From assembly GCA_001662655.1 (NCBI GenBank), contig KV460210.1: DNA of 64,000 nt; one strand, 5' to 3'. The notes under the pieces were generated by a model. It was given only the letters and a program-made list of their open reading frames with translations. It had not been told where the DNA came from and ran no database searches. Below are positions 49,582-64,000 of this stretch, piece by piece. Positions within the stretch are counted from its first letter, which is position 1, and every line of letters starts with the position of its first letter. A program made the position numbers and the translations under genes. The DNA is from Pseudogymnoascus verrucosus. Taxonomy: Eukaryota.

Positions 49582-51470
49582 TCACCACCCATCAAAATTC
49601 CCAAACCCCCCAGCAGCCTTAACCTTCTTCTTCACCGGCTCTTCCTCCCACCCCCCACCCTCTCCCTCTCTCTCCCCACCATCACCACCCCCCTTCCCCT
49701 CCTCAATAGCAGCCTTCAAATACCTCCCCACCCCCCCGGCCTCCTCACTCTGCACCACCGTCCCATCACCCCTAACCCTCTTCCCTGTCCACGTCGTCCT
49801 ATCATCCTCCTTCCCCCCCATCCTCTCCACCTCCTCCCTCTCCCTCTCCTTCCCCTCCCTCTCCCTCCTCTCAGCCTGAAACTCCTCAAACGGGTCCACA
49901 AACACCACGACATCCTCAATAACCACCTCTTCCGTCGGCCGGTCCCCCGAGTCCACAGGCACGGCTTCGATGCGGGCAAGGACGTCCATCCCGCCGACGA
50001 CGCGCGCGAAGATGGTGTGTTTGCGATCGAGATGTTTTTGTGGGCGGTAGAGGATGAAGAACTGGCTCGAGTTGGTGTTTTTCCCTTTATTCGCCATGCT
50101 GACGATACCCCTCGCATCATGGGTAAGCGGGCCATCAAACTCATCCTGAAAGTTCTTTCCCCAGCAGCTCGTCCCCCCCTTCCCTGTCCCCGTCGGGTCC
50201 CCGCCTTGCAACATGAAGTTGCGGATGCTGCGGTGGAAAATAACACCCTTATAGTACCCCTTCTTCGCGAGCTGTATAAAGTTCCACACCGCCCTCGGCG
50301 CCGTCTCCGGGTAAAGCTCCAGGTTCAACGACCCATAATTCGTTTCCAGCCTCGCATACCCCTTATTCTTCACCCGCTTCGGGCGCAACATATACTCCTC
50401 CTCCGTCAACAGCGCTCGCTCCCCGCTCGTCGAGGGCGTCAACCCCGTCGACGTAAACGACGCTGCCGCCTTCCCCGTCGTATACTGCGCCGCGTTATAC
50501 ACCTCTTTCTTCTGCGTATGCATCTGTGGTCTCATCACCGGCGCGCTCGCCTTCGCAACAGCCTTCGTCCTATTCACATCTCCATTCGCCTCTCTCTCTC
50601 TCCTCGCCTTCTCCACCGCCTCCTTAGCTTTCAACACCTTCTCCCCCACCCTCCCCAGCGCCGCAACATTCACGCTCCCCCCCTTCCTCTCCTCCTCCTC
50701 TCTTTTCGTAAGCACGCTCTCCCCCTCCTTCAGGAACTTAAACTGGCTCAGGTCGCGACTCTCCACATTCTGCGGGTCTTGGAGGGTAATTATATCTTTC
50801 CTGCTGAACTCGCGATCATCCACCAAGTCGCGCCACATCCTCGCCTTAACATTCAACCTCTCCACCGTCTCCCAGGCAAAAACATTCGCCTCTCCCCCAT
50901 GTCGTATCGCCACAATATGCGTATTATCCGTAAACACCTTGAACGTAACCGGATCCACCATCTCGCCCAGGGCCTCCTTTCTCCCCTCCGCCGCGCCGGC
51001 GTCCGTGTCCCCGTTCCGCGCGAAGTTGAGCTTGATCAGCTCGGATGACTTGAGGGGGGCGCCGGTGACGGGGTTGGTGGTGTGAGTCGCCAGCCAGGTG
51101 CTTATGACTTCGATGTCGAAGATTGTGCCGGAGGGGGTGCAGACGGGGTGGTGGAAGGGCTGGAGGGAGGCGGCGCAGAAGTTGAAGGGGAGGCGTTTGA
51201 AGGAGCCGGGGGCGGAGCGGGCGTTAACGTTGGAGCCGGCGGAGGCGGAGAATTGGTCGGAGGACGACCATTCGGAGTGGGTGATCTAGAAAGAAAGGGA
51301 GTTAGTAGGGTGGAGATGGTGGGAGGTGGGTTGGTGATATCCTGTGGTCGTGTGGTGTTTGCGCGCCGGAGTCGAAAGGGACTTACGTAGAGTTTGTCGG
51401 TTCCTGTGAGGGTGAGTTAGCAACGACTTTGGATTCAGAGCGATCATAATAGTAGCTTACCTTTACCCAT
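49582..51470 (-). CDS. cyp8: Peptidyl-prolyl cis-trans isomerase-like 2 (U-box/RING cyclophilin, PPIL2/Cyp60/Cyp8)
   Basis: Micro-exons give MGKG|TDKLY|ITHSEW; FKRLPFNFCA; cyclophilin domain FHRSIRNFMLQGGDPTGTG.GG, SMANKG.NTNSSQFF, HLDRKHTIF. Confidence 0.92.
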
Positions 51471-51863
51471 CTTTGCGGTTGCTGAGAAACTAGCTTGTGA
51501 CGGAGGATGTTTATAGTTTTCAAGGAAGGCGGCCGCTGGCCGAGATAAAGATATCCCCAGGATCTAATCTTATCAGTAGCGCCTTGCGCTAAAACAAAGT
51601 ATCTAGCCTAGCAGCAGCAGCCAAGCCAGCGGTAAAGTGCCAGTATGAGAACCTCCAGCGCCTGGACTCGCCTAATCCGACTTGATGCAAGGGACGATGA
51701 GAGCCACGACTACAAAAGCAATCGAGTTTAACTCAATGCCACCAAGGAGGATAAAACGGGACCGTCACCGCGGAGAAAACCCGCCGTAGCAAATAACCCC
51801 CCACAATACCCCAACCCAATTCTAAGAAAAGCAGAGCAACCCCCGCCCGCCGAGGAGTCCAAA

Positions 51864-52244
51864 GTGATGACCTCACCCTCAACCCCCCGACGACGACAAC
51901 GACTACGTGACAAGACCCCAGCGCAGTTGCTCCGGTACGTCCGCAGGAAACTAGCTATCTACGACACCGCCATCGCATCCGGACAACCCGTTCCCCCCTC
52001 CTTCTCCGCGCGCTTCGAGCCCAATGCGCGGAGGCGCAGTCTGCGCTCGTTCCTGTTTGACGAGGCGACGTATAAGGAAGAGGTGATGCTGGGGCGTGTG
52101 AGGGAGTTGAGAAGGTACGAGACGATGTTGAGGGGGCTGATTGAGCTTTTTGAGCGACGACAGGAGGTTCAGGATAATCTTGGGCGTGTCGAGTCGTTGG
52201 TGCGACGGGCGGGACAGGAAATTGATGCTGCTGCCTGGTCGTAG
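51864..52244 (+). CDS. Small hypothetical protein
   Basis: 126-aa ORF, divergent from cyp8, with coding-like composition and a helical C-terminus; no recognised family and uncertain start. Confidence 0.35.
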   Translation: MMTSPSTPRRRQRLRDKTPAQLLRYVRRKLAIYDTAIASGQPVPPSFSARFEPNARRRSLRSFLFDEATYKEEVMLGRVRELRRYETMLRGLIELFERRQEVQDNLGRVESLVRRAGQEIDAAAWS

Positions 52245-52592
52245 AAGGCGTGTTGCTGGATGGGCTGGCAAATAGTTGATAATCACTCCACATGCGAAAT
52301 CAAGATCAAGATATAAAGTCTCAACTGCATTCAGCATATCCGCTTCATAGCACCTACGTCCCAGCTCCTCTTTCAACAGAGCAAATCCAACTAGCTATTA
52401 AAAAAAAACTCCAAGCCCAATGCAAATACGACCTTCTCCAGCCGCGTGATCCCATCCATACTCCTTAAACCCACCCAACCAGAGCTATGATGCTAGCCAT
52501 TTTCGCTTTCCAAACGCCTTGCAATGTCACCCTCCTCTCCTCCCCTTAACACCAACACCCTCGCACCCCTTAAAACCCACCATCCCACCAAT

Positions 52593-54929
52593 CTAATCAC
52601 TCCCCTTCTGAAACCTCATCCCCACCACCCAAGTCCCCTCAAACTCCACCCCCCTCCTCATCCTCATCCCACTCTTCTTCCACACATTCTTCGCAATCCC
52701 CACATCCACCACCCACAACCCCCACGCCCCCTCTCCCGTCCCCAACCCCCCCCTCATCGCCTCCAACAACCCCGTCTTCGGCACCCCGAGACTAACCACC
52801 AGGGTGGCCTGAATCCACAATTCCCTCCCATCAAGCACCATCGGCACGCCCGTCCCGGGGTCAAGACCCGTCGGCACGTCCAGCGCCAACACCGCGGCGG
52901 AGGAGCGGTTAGCCCACTCAATGAGCTCGAATGCCGTGGCTTGGTCGCCGGTGCGGAGTTCTTCGAAACTGATGGTTAGACCGAGGAGGCCGTCGATGAT
53001 GAGTTCTACGGGGACGGCGGTGGATTTGAGATACTCCATGAGTTCGATCTTGGTGAACACCTTCCCGCCAAATGAGCGGAAGACTTTAAGTTGTCTGCGC
53101 ACACCCTCCAGGAGCTCGGGTTCGCGCTCCAGCCCCAAAACGCAAATAGCCACCGTAGCGCCGTGATTCCGCAGATGCCGTCCCGCAGCAATAGCGCGAA
53201 TGCCTGACTTGCTATTCCCCGCATAAATCACAACATAAGGGAGTGTATTCCCCTTCCTCAGCGTCCTATGCCTCGCCCCCCCCAGATTCAGCGTCGAAAG
53301 CGCCACCTCCGCAATCCCCCTCCCGGCATTCTCAGTCATCATATCCTCCGTCAGTCCCAGCTCGCTATTCGCGATATTCTCCAAATTGAGCATCTGCAGC
53401 GCCGACGCGACCTCGACGGGCCGATCCGCGGGGACGAGGTAGAATGAGGATTTCGTTGTAGACGCCTGTTGTGGAGGAGAGGAAGGGGGGGCGCGGGATT
53501 TCGCGCGGGGGACGGAGATGGATTGCCGGGACTGTGAGTGTAGCGATGATGTCTCCTTCTTGGACATCGGCATGCGCAGGCGCGACTCCGCGCGACGGGA
53601 GGTTCGTCCACTGCCTGACCCGCGCTGGCTGACGCCCATCATATTCTCCGCGTCCTCACTATCGCCCGCCTCGCTATTCCACGCCGGCGGTTGTTGTGCG
53701 CGGCCAATACCATCAAGTACATTCTCCGTCGGATGCAGATTCCTCCCCCCCATCGTCCCCGGCCTGGGTATCCTATTATGCCCAACCAACCGATCCTCAT
53801 CCGCCGTCACATCATCCGCTCTGATCCCCTCAAACACCGTGCGTTTGTCGAATTTCGACAAGCTGGCTTCGAAATCAAAATCACCCATATCCTGCACATC
53901 AGTAGCGTCCTCAGTGGCCCAGCCATTATCATAACCTCCCCCACCTTTCCCGCCACCACCCCTCCTCGCTCCCTTCCGCAGCGTCGCGAAGGGCTGGAAT
54001 GAGGGGTTCGGCTCGAGTAAGGGCGTTTGTCTCCAGCCTTTTGAGCGATTCGTTTCGGTAACGGGGATAACGATAGGGAACCCGTCATCCCCATCCGTAC
54101 CCTCCGCCGCCTTCCCCCTCCGCGCCCCCTTCGCGCCCCGTCCACGACGTCGCTTATTATGTCGTTCCTTCGCCGCCACCTCCGCGTCCCCATTCCCCAA
54201 CCCACCACCATCACCATCCTCATTCCCCCCCCCCAACCCCAGGTTCCCCATCGGATCCACCAAGATCGCAGCGGGTGTAACCGAGCGCTGCTGCTCTTGT
54301 GCGACCTTGATCGCCGCCGAGGAGTTGCGCGACATATGCACCACCGCCGGTTGAGCGGGGTAAGGAGGGATGCCGGTGCTGGTTGAGGGGGTGGGTTTGT
54401 TAGAGTCGAGTTCGGGGGTGTACAGTTGCGGAGGGGTGGGGGTGGGTGTTGTTATTACTTGGGGGCGTGGGAGGGATGGTCGGCCGACGCTGACGATTGC
54501 GGGGTCTTCGAAGCTGGTGGGTTGTTTGGGTCTGGAGATTGACTGTGCTCGTGGGTGCGCGGCTGAGGCTGCTTGGAGGGATGGGTTGGGTGCGGTATTC
54601 TCGTTTCCTGCTTCGGCGAGGTCTTTGATATGACTAGCTTGAATCGTGATTTCCGTGATATACTTCCCATTGCTCGGGCAGTAAACTAGAAAGGCAGTTA
54701 GCTAGCTTGTCCGCACTGTAGTTTGATGTGCTTCAAAGGTCAAAGGTGTCTTCAATTATCCGCAAAGGTGAACAAAAGCACAACAAATCACAGACAGGGT
54801 CGCAAACATACCATCTGACAACGTCAAAGATTGTCCCGCGACAACACTCGACACCCTCCCCCTCAACTGCGCATCCAGCGGTGAACTGAGCGTCACCAGC
54901 ATCGTCAGGCCCACAAACTGTTCTGCCAT
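52593..54929 (-). CDS. EDC3: Enhancer of mRNA decapping 3 (LSm + FDF + YjeF_N)
   Basis: N-terminal MAEQFVGLTMLVTL (LSm-like); WATEDATDVQDMGDFDFEASLSKFDK..VF (FDF); YjeF_N ENAGRGIAE, GNSKSG, LIIDGLLG, DVPTG. Confidence 0.9.
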
Positions 54930-56002
54930 GACTGCTGCTGTCTTTCTTGCGTCCGTCGTTGTTGCCGTATCCCGTCCCTTCCGTCCTCAGCGCCCTCGTA
55001 TCTCTTCTCTTCTCTTCCCTCCACAAATCCTATCCTCTCTCTCCTCCCTTTCTCAAAACCCAACCAGAAGTCAACAACAGCGACAATTCACACCCGTCCC
55101 AGCGTCATGAAGTTATCCTCTATTCTCGTAGTTGTTGCGTTATGTTGCGTTGCGTTGCTTAGAAAGTATTATCGTGTGCCAGGTGCGTGAAATCCAAATG
55201 TATGTATATCAACGGGAACGGAAACAATTAAATTCACCACGAACGGGTGGTGGTGGTGGAAGTAGTTAGTTAGTGGGTGACCATGCGACACGGGCTGCTG
55301 CACTAGAGTGGGTGCGGCGGACAGGGAGTTGGGGGAGCTAGTGGGGATTTGGTGTGGTGTAGCCTTGTGGTGTTACAGCCTGGTTGTGGGTCGGAGATCA
55401 TGGGGTTCTCATCTGTCTTGTAGGTGAGGGCGTTGATCTTGTGATAATTGCAGGATTATGGGGTATATTGTGTGAGGATTCTTGGTTTGAGATTTTTGGA
55501 TACGGGGTAGGTATGGAGTGAAGACGGTGGTGTGAAGCTCCAGACTTCTTGATTGACGGGTTGCAGATCGAGAGGTCCGGAGCTGTACATCGCCGTCCTG
55601 ACTTCCCACCCACCCTATATGAATGAACAAGATCGCTATTCTACAGTACTCTAGCCGTCATCGTCAGTACGAGACAGAAACAGAGGGACAAAAGAGTGTC
55701 TCAAATAGTCAAACATAAACATAAAAATAATCTTTTAATTTTCCATAACCTCGTTAAAACCTCATTCTCAATTCGTTCATGGCCGGCATTACTCCCCCTC
55801 TCCATTCAAACCTTCAAAACCACCTCCCCCGCCGTCTCAGCTCAGTCTTCCCAAAAACGAAAACCGGCAGTCAGTCGACTCTGTCGGGGGGCCAAAACTT
55901 TTCCCAAACCCCCATCATTACTCATCATCAACCAAACAAATACACATAATACACCCTCTTCCCTCCCCTCCCCTCTTTTCAATCCCACGTCATTCCCCCC
56001 TC

Positions 56003-57407
56003 TCAACCCCCCCCCCCAACAACCCCCCCACCCCCCACACTCCCCTCCCTCCTCCTAACCAACAAACTCTTAAACCCCCCCAGCACAAGATCCAACCCCT
56101 CCTCACTCCTCGCACAAAACCGATAACTCCTCTCCTCCGTAATAACCTGCAAACAATTCCTCTTCGTGCGGCTTACGGGATCAATTTCCACCACATTAAT
56201 GATATTCCCCAGTTCCAATATTAGTAAGGGGGAGTACTCGTTCTCATCTTTGTAAAGGGCGAAGGTGCGAGCGCGAAGGACGCACCAGAGGTCTTTCCAT
56301 TGTCGGACCCCACTCTTCGACTTGAGGTAGAGAAGGTGCCCTTGCCAGATTACGCGTTCCGGGTCGGCGTCGGGGGTGATGTTGAGGCCGCTTAGTTGGC
56401 TGCCGTTGCGGGGGGGGATTATGGGACGTTGTTGCTGTTGCGACGGCGGGGCAGACGGCTCACCTATCTCGGGAATGGAGACCTGCGAGGCGCCAGCGGC
56501 TTTGGGGCGGAGAGAGGGGTTAAAATGTGTTTCGACGTCAGAGAAGTCAGAGTGCGACGCTGGTTCCGTGCCGGAGTACTCGAAGTGCGACGCGCGCCTC
56601 GCTATTTTCGGATCCAGCGGCGCGGGGTGATGAACAGGTCTAACGCGCGCAGGCGAGGGTTCTGGCGATGAAGACCCCCGCTGAGTTTCCAGCGGCACAT
56701 CGCGCAGTCCCGCCGCCACCGTGCGTCTCCTCATCTCCGCATCAAGCCCCGCATAATTATGCGTCATATTCGTGGTAGGGGACGCCAAAAACATCTCCTC
56801 CTCCTCCTCCTCGATGCGCGCCTCGCGCCGGATCAGATCCACCCATTCGGCGGCGTCGGGCTTGGAGAGGGCCTCGAGGTGGTAGTTGCGGGAGGGGGAG
56901 AAGAGGCCGAAGACGTTGTGGCGCTTGTGTTTGGGGTCTTTGAGGAAGGCGACGGCGGTTAGGTCGGAGAGGAGGATTTTGTGGCGGAGTTTGGATTCGT
57001 CTTGGTCTTTGTAGATGGATATGGAGGTGGGGCGGAGGACGAGGTAGATTTGTTTCCATGACTGGAGGAGGGGGGTTAGCTAGATGTCAGGAGGAGGGGG
57101 ACTGGGCCTAGGCCTGGGAGAAAGTGTGCGCGCTCACCTTCGTCTTGCGCGTCCGCTTGCGCACGTAGCCGCTCTTCAGCACGCGATCGAACTCATAGCT
57201 CCCATTCTCCGTGACGGCAGAAGAGGAGAAAGCATCGGGTGCCATCACGCTATTGCGCACCTTACTCGCCTGCGCCGGTGCCGGCACCGAGACAGCCAGC
57301 GGCGAGCGCTTGGCCTGGGTCGTGGACGAACCTGCGGGTGTTCGCGGCGGGATCATCTGTGGTTGTGCCACCGCCGTCGAGGCAGCTGTGGCGCGTGCCT
57401 TGTCCAT
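56003..57407 (-). CDS. Tandem PH-domain protein (Opy1-like)
   Basis: PH1 DRVLKSGYVRKRTRKTK|SWKQIYLVLRP..ISIYKD...A.EW; PH2 VIWQGHLLYLKS..VRQWK..WCVLR....LYKDE.EY. Confidence 0.85.
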
Positions 57408-58226
57408 TTTTGTAGTTGGGAAAGAAGAAACTAGGTATTATGTATTATATATCGGTGGTAGGGGAATGCGAGGCGCGGTTGGCGGCTCGAGCAGAGATGC
57501 CGGGGATGTTGGGTTGGCGGTTCATCTAAGGTCGTTGAAGAAGCTGGTGAGGAGGAGTGGCGACGGTCATTAAACCTTTCCAGCCAGCTACCGGATGGGA
57601 TCGATCGATTCGGGAAAGGTGAGGGAGGGAAGTCGCGAACACGGGGTTTGTGATTGTCTCAATAATGCGGCAGAGACATGGTGATCAGCAGGCGAGAGTT
57701 GACAGACAGTAGTGGAGGTGGTGGTGTGCAGAAGATCGATTATTGAGGTTGCAGTTCGTGGTTGGTGTACGATGCGATGCGATGCGCATTGACGTTGCAG
57801 CTTTCAACAACAGTTTAGTTCAATTCAGGCCTTTGAATATAAATGTTGGAAGAAGAAGTTATAGTGGCAGGCCATGAAACGAGCAGCTTTTGGTAGGGTT
57901 CAGGGCGACAACGGAGGGGTTTCAAGGGGGGCAGCGACGAACTGTAGTAGTAATCTTACTGCGTGTTAGTTCTGGCGCCGTGGTGGATCGTAGCCAGCAA
58001 GGGAGGGGGTTCTCGCCAATCTCGTTACCCCGTACCGTACGCCAGTAAGGATCGTAAGGTTTCTCCGTTCTCCGTATATAGCCGTTCTGCCGTCCGTGCC
58101 AGCTCGTGGCTTTTTGGTGGGGAGGAGATGGAGATGTGTGAGACAGACGGCTATTAAAATAGAATTATAGATATAGGAGGATATATACCGAGGTGCTTAA
58201 GTGGTGTAAGGTTGGCCACGCGAATT

Positions 58227-58247
58227 TATATATATATATATATATAT
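58227..58247. repeat. (TA)n microsatellite in an AT-rich patch
   Basis: tatatatatatatatatat run within 58220-58280. Confidence 0.9.
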
Positions 58248-58870
58248 TATTAATAAAAAATATTGATATTATTACTAATACTGCTGCCCTATTTACTAGA
58301 GAGTCGCGTCTCTACGTGTTTAATCATCACGTAGTGGTGTATGAATCACCCTCACTCACCGCACATTTGGTATACATAGAGTTGGTTAGTAATATGCACA
58401 GCATACCCAGGTCTTGTACCTGGGTATGCTGGGTGCGTTAGGAGGTGCAGTCAGTGCTATAAGTCACTTACTTTATTACTGTACTATGCACTAAAAGTGA
58501 CTCTCCCACTCGTTACTCATCCTCACTCATCCACCCCGCCACTCAAATCGCCAAATCGCCAAATCGCCACTATCAACGACTATCTGTGAACTGTGACGCA
58601 CGCCACGTGACCACCCTCTCGTCTTATCTAATGGCGGGGTGAAATAGTAAAATAATACTATCCCCGACTCCGAGCTATAAACAGAGAATATTCCCAGCAT
58701 AGAATTTTATTTCCGCCCAGCCTCTGCCTCTCATTTCGTTCTTTACGCCAAGGGAATATATACCAGAAGAAATAAAATCTCAGTATTTACTGTCATCTAC
58801 GCCCTCTAACGTTTTTTTATTTGTTTAGACTAGACTTTACCTTCCAGAGCGCTTTTAGTCCTCCGCCAAA

Positions 58871-61800
58871 ATGGTGGTGGTAAATCCAGAGAAGCTGGTC
58901 AGCTTGCAGCACAATGCAGATGGTGTGAGGAATGTGAGTGGCAGATACGACAGAGAACCCTATGCATATAACTCTATACTGACAGAAAGGAAGATCTGTA
59001 TTTTAGCGCATGTTGTGAGTAAACCCCAGGTCCCCTCCCCCGTCCTCTCAAGACCCCAACTGACCCCTCCACCAGGACCACGGCAAGACCTCCCTCACCG
59101 ACGCCCTCCTCGCCACCAACGGCATCATATCCCCCAAACTCGCCGGCAAGATCCGCTACCTCGACTCGCGGCCCGACGAGCAGCAGCGCGGCATAACCAT
59201 GGAGTCCTCCGCCATCTCCCTCCACTTCTCGATGATGCGAAAGTCCGCGCCGGACGCAACACCCGAGATGAAGGAGTACCTGATAAACCTGATCGACTCC
59301 CCAGGACACATCGATTTCAGCAGCGAGGTGTCCATCGCGTCGCGGCTCTGTGATGGGGCGGTGGTGCTTGTTGATGCCGTGGAGGGCGTCTGCAGTCAAA
59401 CGGTAACAGTTTTACGGCAGACGTGGATTGAGAATATGAAGCCCCTGCTTGTTATTAATAAGATGGATAGGCTGATTACGGAGCTGAAGATGAGCCCGGG
59501 GGAGGCGTATATACACCTCAACAAGCTGCTGGGACAGGTTAATGCCGTCCTAGGCAGCTTCTTCCAGGGAGAGCGGATGGAAGAAGATCTGAATTGGCGT
59601 GAGAAGGTCGACGAGAGAGTCGCTGCTGCGGCAGCGGCGAAACTTAAGACTTCCGCCTTGGACGAATCCGATGTTGATGTCTCCGCATCGGCCGAGTACG
59701 AGGAGCGCGACGACGAGGACATCTACTTCGCGCCCGAAAAGAACAATGTCATCTTCAGCAGCGCCGTTGATGGCTGGGCATTCACAGTTAGGCAATTCGC
59801 TAGTTTATACGAGAAGAAGCTTGGGATCAAGCGGAACGCTATGGAGAAAGTGCTCTGGGGCGACTTCTACCTCGATCCCAAGACCAAGAAGGTGCTAGCG
59901 CACAAGCATCTAAAGGGCCGCAACCTGAAGCCGATGTTCGTCCAGCTCGTCCTGGAGCAGATATGGGCAGTTTACGAGGCTACCACCGGTGGCGATAAGG
60001 GGAAGGGGTTCGTGGATTTCTCTCTTTTCTTCCTAACTCCTTTTTCTTCTTTATACTATACTCTCGCCTGTACCATACTCCTTATGCAATGGAATATCCC
60101 TCTAATACGATTCCCGCAATAGTGACCCTGTCATGACTGAAAAGATCACGAAATCACTCGGCATCACCCTCCCGCCAAATCTCAAGCGGTCCCGAGACCC
60201 GAGGGCGATTCTCACAGCGCTCTTCTCGTCGTGGCTCCCGCTCTCGACGGCTATGCTCGTCTCGGTTATCGAATCGCTCCCCTCGCCACCCGCAGCACAA
60301 GCTTCAAGATTACCTTCATTAATCGACGCCTCCCCGGGCTTTGACCACGTCGACCCCGCCGTCCGCGACGCAATGGTCAGCTTCAAATCCGCCAAGGGCG
60401 ACCCCGTCGTCGCATACGTCAGCAAAATGGTCTCCGTCCCCGAGAGCGAGCTCCCACAAAACAAAGGCCGCGTAGGTGGAATGCTAAGTGCCGAGGAGGC
60501 AAAAGAACTCGGTCGTCGGAAGAGAATCGAGATTGCGCGAGCTCTAGCAGCAGAAGGGGCCGCAGCAGAAGCAGAAGGTGGTGCCGACGTCCCAGATAGC
60601 GTTGATAGCGTCGTCGATACCTTCGCCAATACTACCATCTCTGCGCCAAACGGGGGCGAGGAGGAGAAGAAGGTGGATAAAGAACATCTCATTGGATTCG
60701 CGAGGTTGTTCTCGGGAACCCTCTCCGTAGGCGATTGCGTTTACGTCCTCCCTCCTAAATTCTCGCCCGCACACCCACATCTCAGCCCTGAGCCACATAA
60801 AGTCACCATCACGGGGCTCTATCTCCTAATGGGCCGCGGTCTGGAACCGCTCACCACCGTCCCCGCCGGCGTCGTCTTCGGTATTGGTGGTCTAGAGGGA
60901 CATATTCTCAAATCCGGCACGCTGTGCAGTCAGCTCGAGGGAAGCGTCAACTTGGCTGGTGTAGCGATGGGATCGCAACCTATTGTCCGCGTGGCGCTGG
61001 AGCCGGAGAACCCGGCTGATCTGGAGAAGATGATTCAGGGGCTCAAATTACTTGTTCAGAGCGATCCGTGTGCAGAGTACGAGCACTTTGAGAGCGGAGA
61101 GCATGTCCTCCTTACTGCGGGGGAATTACATCTCGAGCGCTGTTTAGGGGATTTGAAGGATAGGTTCGCACGCTGTGAGATTCAGGTCGGAGAACCGATC
61201 GTTCCGTATAGAGAGACGATTGTTAGAGCAGAAGAGATGCGGCCACCTGCGGATAAGGAGCTGGGTAGGGGAACGGTAGTGTCAATCACGACATCTAAAC
61301 AAGTCACAGTCAAACTACGCGTCCGCCCTCTCCCAAAGAAAGTCACAGACTTCCTAGTCAAGAACTCCGGAGCCGTGCGACGCCTCTACTCCGACCGCAA
61401 AGCCGAAGAGCAAACCCGAAACCAAGACGCTCAATCCGACGCCGCCTCCGACAAAGACGACTTAGATGTCGGCGCCGTCGTAGATACAGCAGTCCTCTCC
61501 CTCGAAGACTTCAAATCCCAACTCCTCACCGCCTTCGACAGCGTCAAATCTGAGCGCGACATCTGGGCTGGTGTGATTGAGAAGATCACCGCCTTCGCCC
61601 CGCGCCGCACTGGTCCAAATCTGCTTATAGATAATGCCGGGATCTGTGGACGGTTTTTAAGGTCTACTGACGCTGAGGAGGTCGCGTCGGATAAGCAGGA
61701 AGATGCGCAAACGATCCAGCCAAGGGATTTCGCAGATAACATATCCTACGCCTTCCAACTCGCCTGTGCCCAGGGCCCCTTGTGCAATGAGCCCGTCCAG

Positions 61801-62373
61801 GGCATCGCAGTGTTTTTGGACGAAGTTACTGTTGCGCCTAACGCGGATGACTCGTCCTCGCGCGACCAGCTCGGTCGGTTGACGGGTGAAGTCATCAAAA
61901 CAGCCCGCTCAGCCATCCACGCCGGTTTCCTCGACTGGTCACCCCGCCTTCTCCTAGCGATGTACTCGTGCGAAATCCAAGCCTCCACCGAAGTCCTGGG
62001 TCGCGTCTACGAAGTCCTCACGCGTCTGCGCGGCCGCATCTTATCCGAAGCGCTTAATGAAGGAACACCCTTCTACACCATCCTCTCCCTGCTCCCGGTG
62101 GCAGCGAGTTTCGGCTTCTCTGACGAGATGAGGAAGAGGACGGCGGGGCTGGCGAGTCCGCAGTTGAAGTTCGCGGGCTTTGAGGTACTGGATGAAGATC
62201 CCTTCTGGGAGCCGAGGACGGAGGAGGAGTTGGAGGATTTGGGGGAGTTTGGGGATAGGGAGAATGTGGCGAAGAGGTATGTGGATGGGGTGAGGGAGAG
62301 GAAGGGGCTGTTGGTTAGGGGGAGGGGGAAGGGGATGGGGGAGGGGGAGAAGGGGAGGACTTTGAAGAGGTAG
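58871..62373 (+). CDS. RIA1: Elongation factor-like GTPase 1 (60S ribosome maturation)
   Basis: RN|ICILAHV|DHGKTSLTD, LAGKIRYLDSRPDEQQRGITMESSAISL, LIDSPGHIDFSSEV, NKMDRL, AGELHLERC, SFGFSDEMRKRT.G.ASPQL.F, DPFW.P.TEEELED. Confidence 0.95.
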
Positions 62374-62905
62374 TGGGGGTGTTAAGCTACAGTAAACGTA
62401 AATTTAGGGGGGGTTTTAGAATCTCTGAAATGTTGTCTCCACAACCGTCAGGGTATCAGTTTAAAAATTATGGGCCGGCATCCCTTCGGCAGTTACTCTT
62501 AGCACTACAACCAGCTTATAAATCGAAAAGCATTGTAGATTAAAAGGCACATTTTTTCGCTCCTTTTTATCAAAATTTCGTTGCTTTGTCAGCTTGATAT
62601 TCGCCTGGGTGGATATGGCGGGGTCATCCCTTGGCGTTGGCGGTGCCGAGGGGTAGTAACCAACAGATTTGGGTGGCCCTCTGGCCAATGAAAATGACAT
62701 CATGAGGGGGATATTGGCCTTAAACACACCTTATCGCCAGTTTAGCGGCGAGGGGTATTATTAAGCCATAAGGCCTGTACGCTTTTACGCCAGGCGCATA
62801 CTTTTGTTGCTGGGGTGTATATATTGCGATTTTCTCCTCTTCTCTCGGGTCTGTTTGTCTGTTTGAAAAGTAGTTCGGTTTTCTTCTGTTTATAGACAGC
62901 TTTGA

Positions 62906-64000
<1,095 letters not shown>

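Noticed and set aside
49546..51048. 500-aa + strand ORF
   Set aside because: Pro/Leu/His-rich antisense shadow of the cyp8 coding sequence, caused by codon bias.
58150..58570. AT-rich patch with (TA)n and AAATCGCC x3 as a RIP-degraded transposon
   Set aside because: Too short; no terminal repeats or transposase remnants visible.

Overview
Intron-containing genomic DNA from a filamentous ascomycete (GT..AG introns with CTAAC/CTGAC branch points; Pezizomycotina, possibly Leotiomycetes, but the taxon is an inference). About 27 protein-coding genes are visible; I found no rRNA, tRNA, CRISPR array or intact transposon. The left part holds the 3' end of a POT1-like gene, a divergent ErdS/ErdH-type pair (AspRS fused to a DUF2156 transferase, plus an alpha/beta hydrolase, for tRNA-dependent sterol aspartylation), a modin-like gene, OAC1 and SWD2. 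The middle (13-27 kb) is accessory: a TmpA-like oxidoreductase, two AA9 LPMOs around a frameshifted SRPK-like kinase, and a secreted hydrolase. From 28 to 43 kb lies a compact seven-gene sugar-catabolism cluster: MFS transporter, two fungal TFs, DHAS-type transketolase, aldose reductase, polyol dehydrogenase and a DUF1593 nucleoside-hydrolase-like protein. This is the best candidate for an undescribed system, and I hypothesise a fungal apiose/apioside or other rare-pentose pathway. The right part is mostly conserved housekeeping genes (ARO80-like TF, PPIL2/CYP8, EDC3, tandem-PH protein, EFL1/RIA1, old yellow enzyme). All family calls come from recognising motifs by eye, not from database searches.
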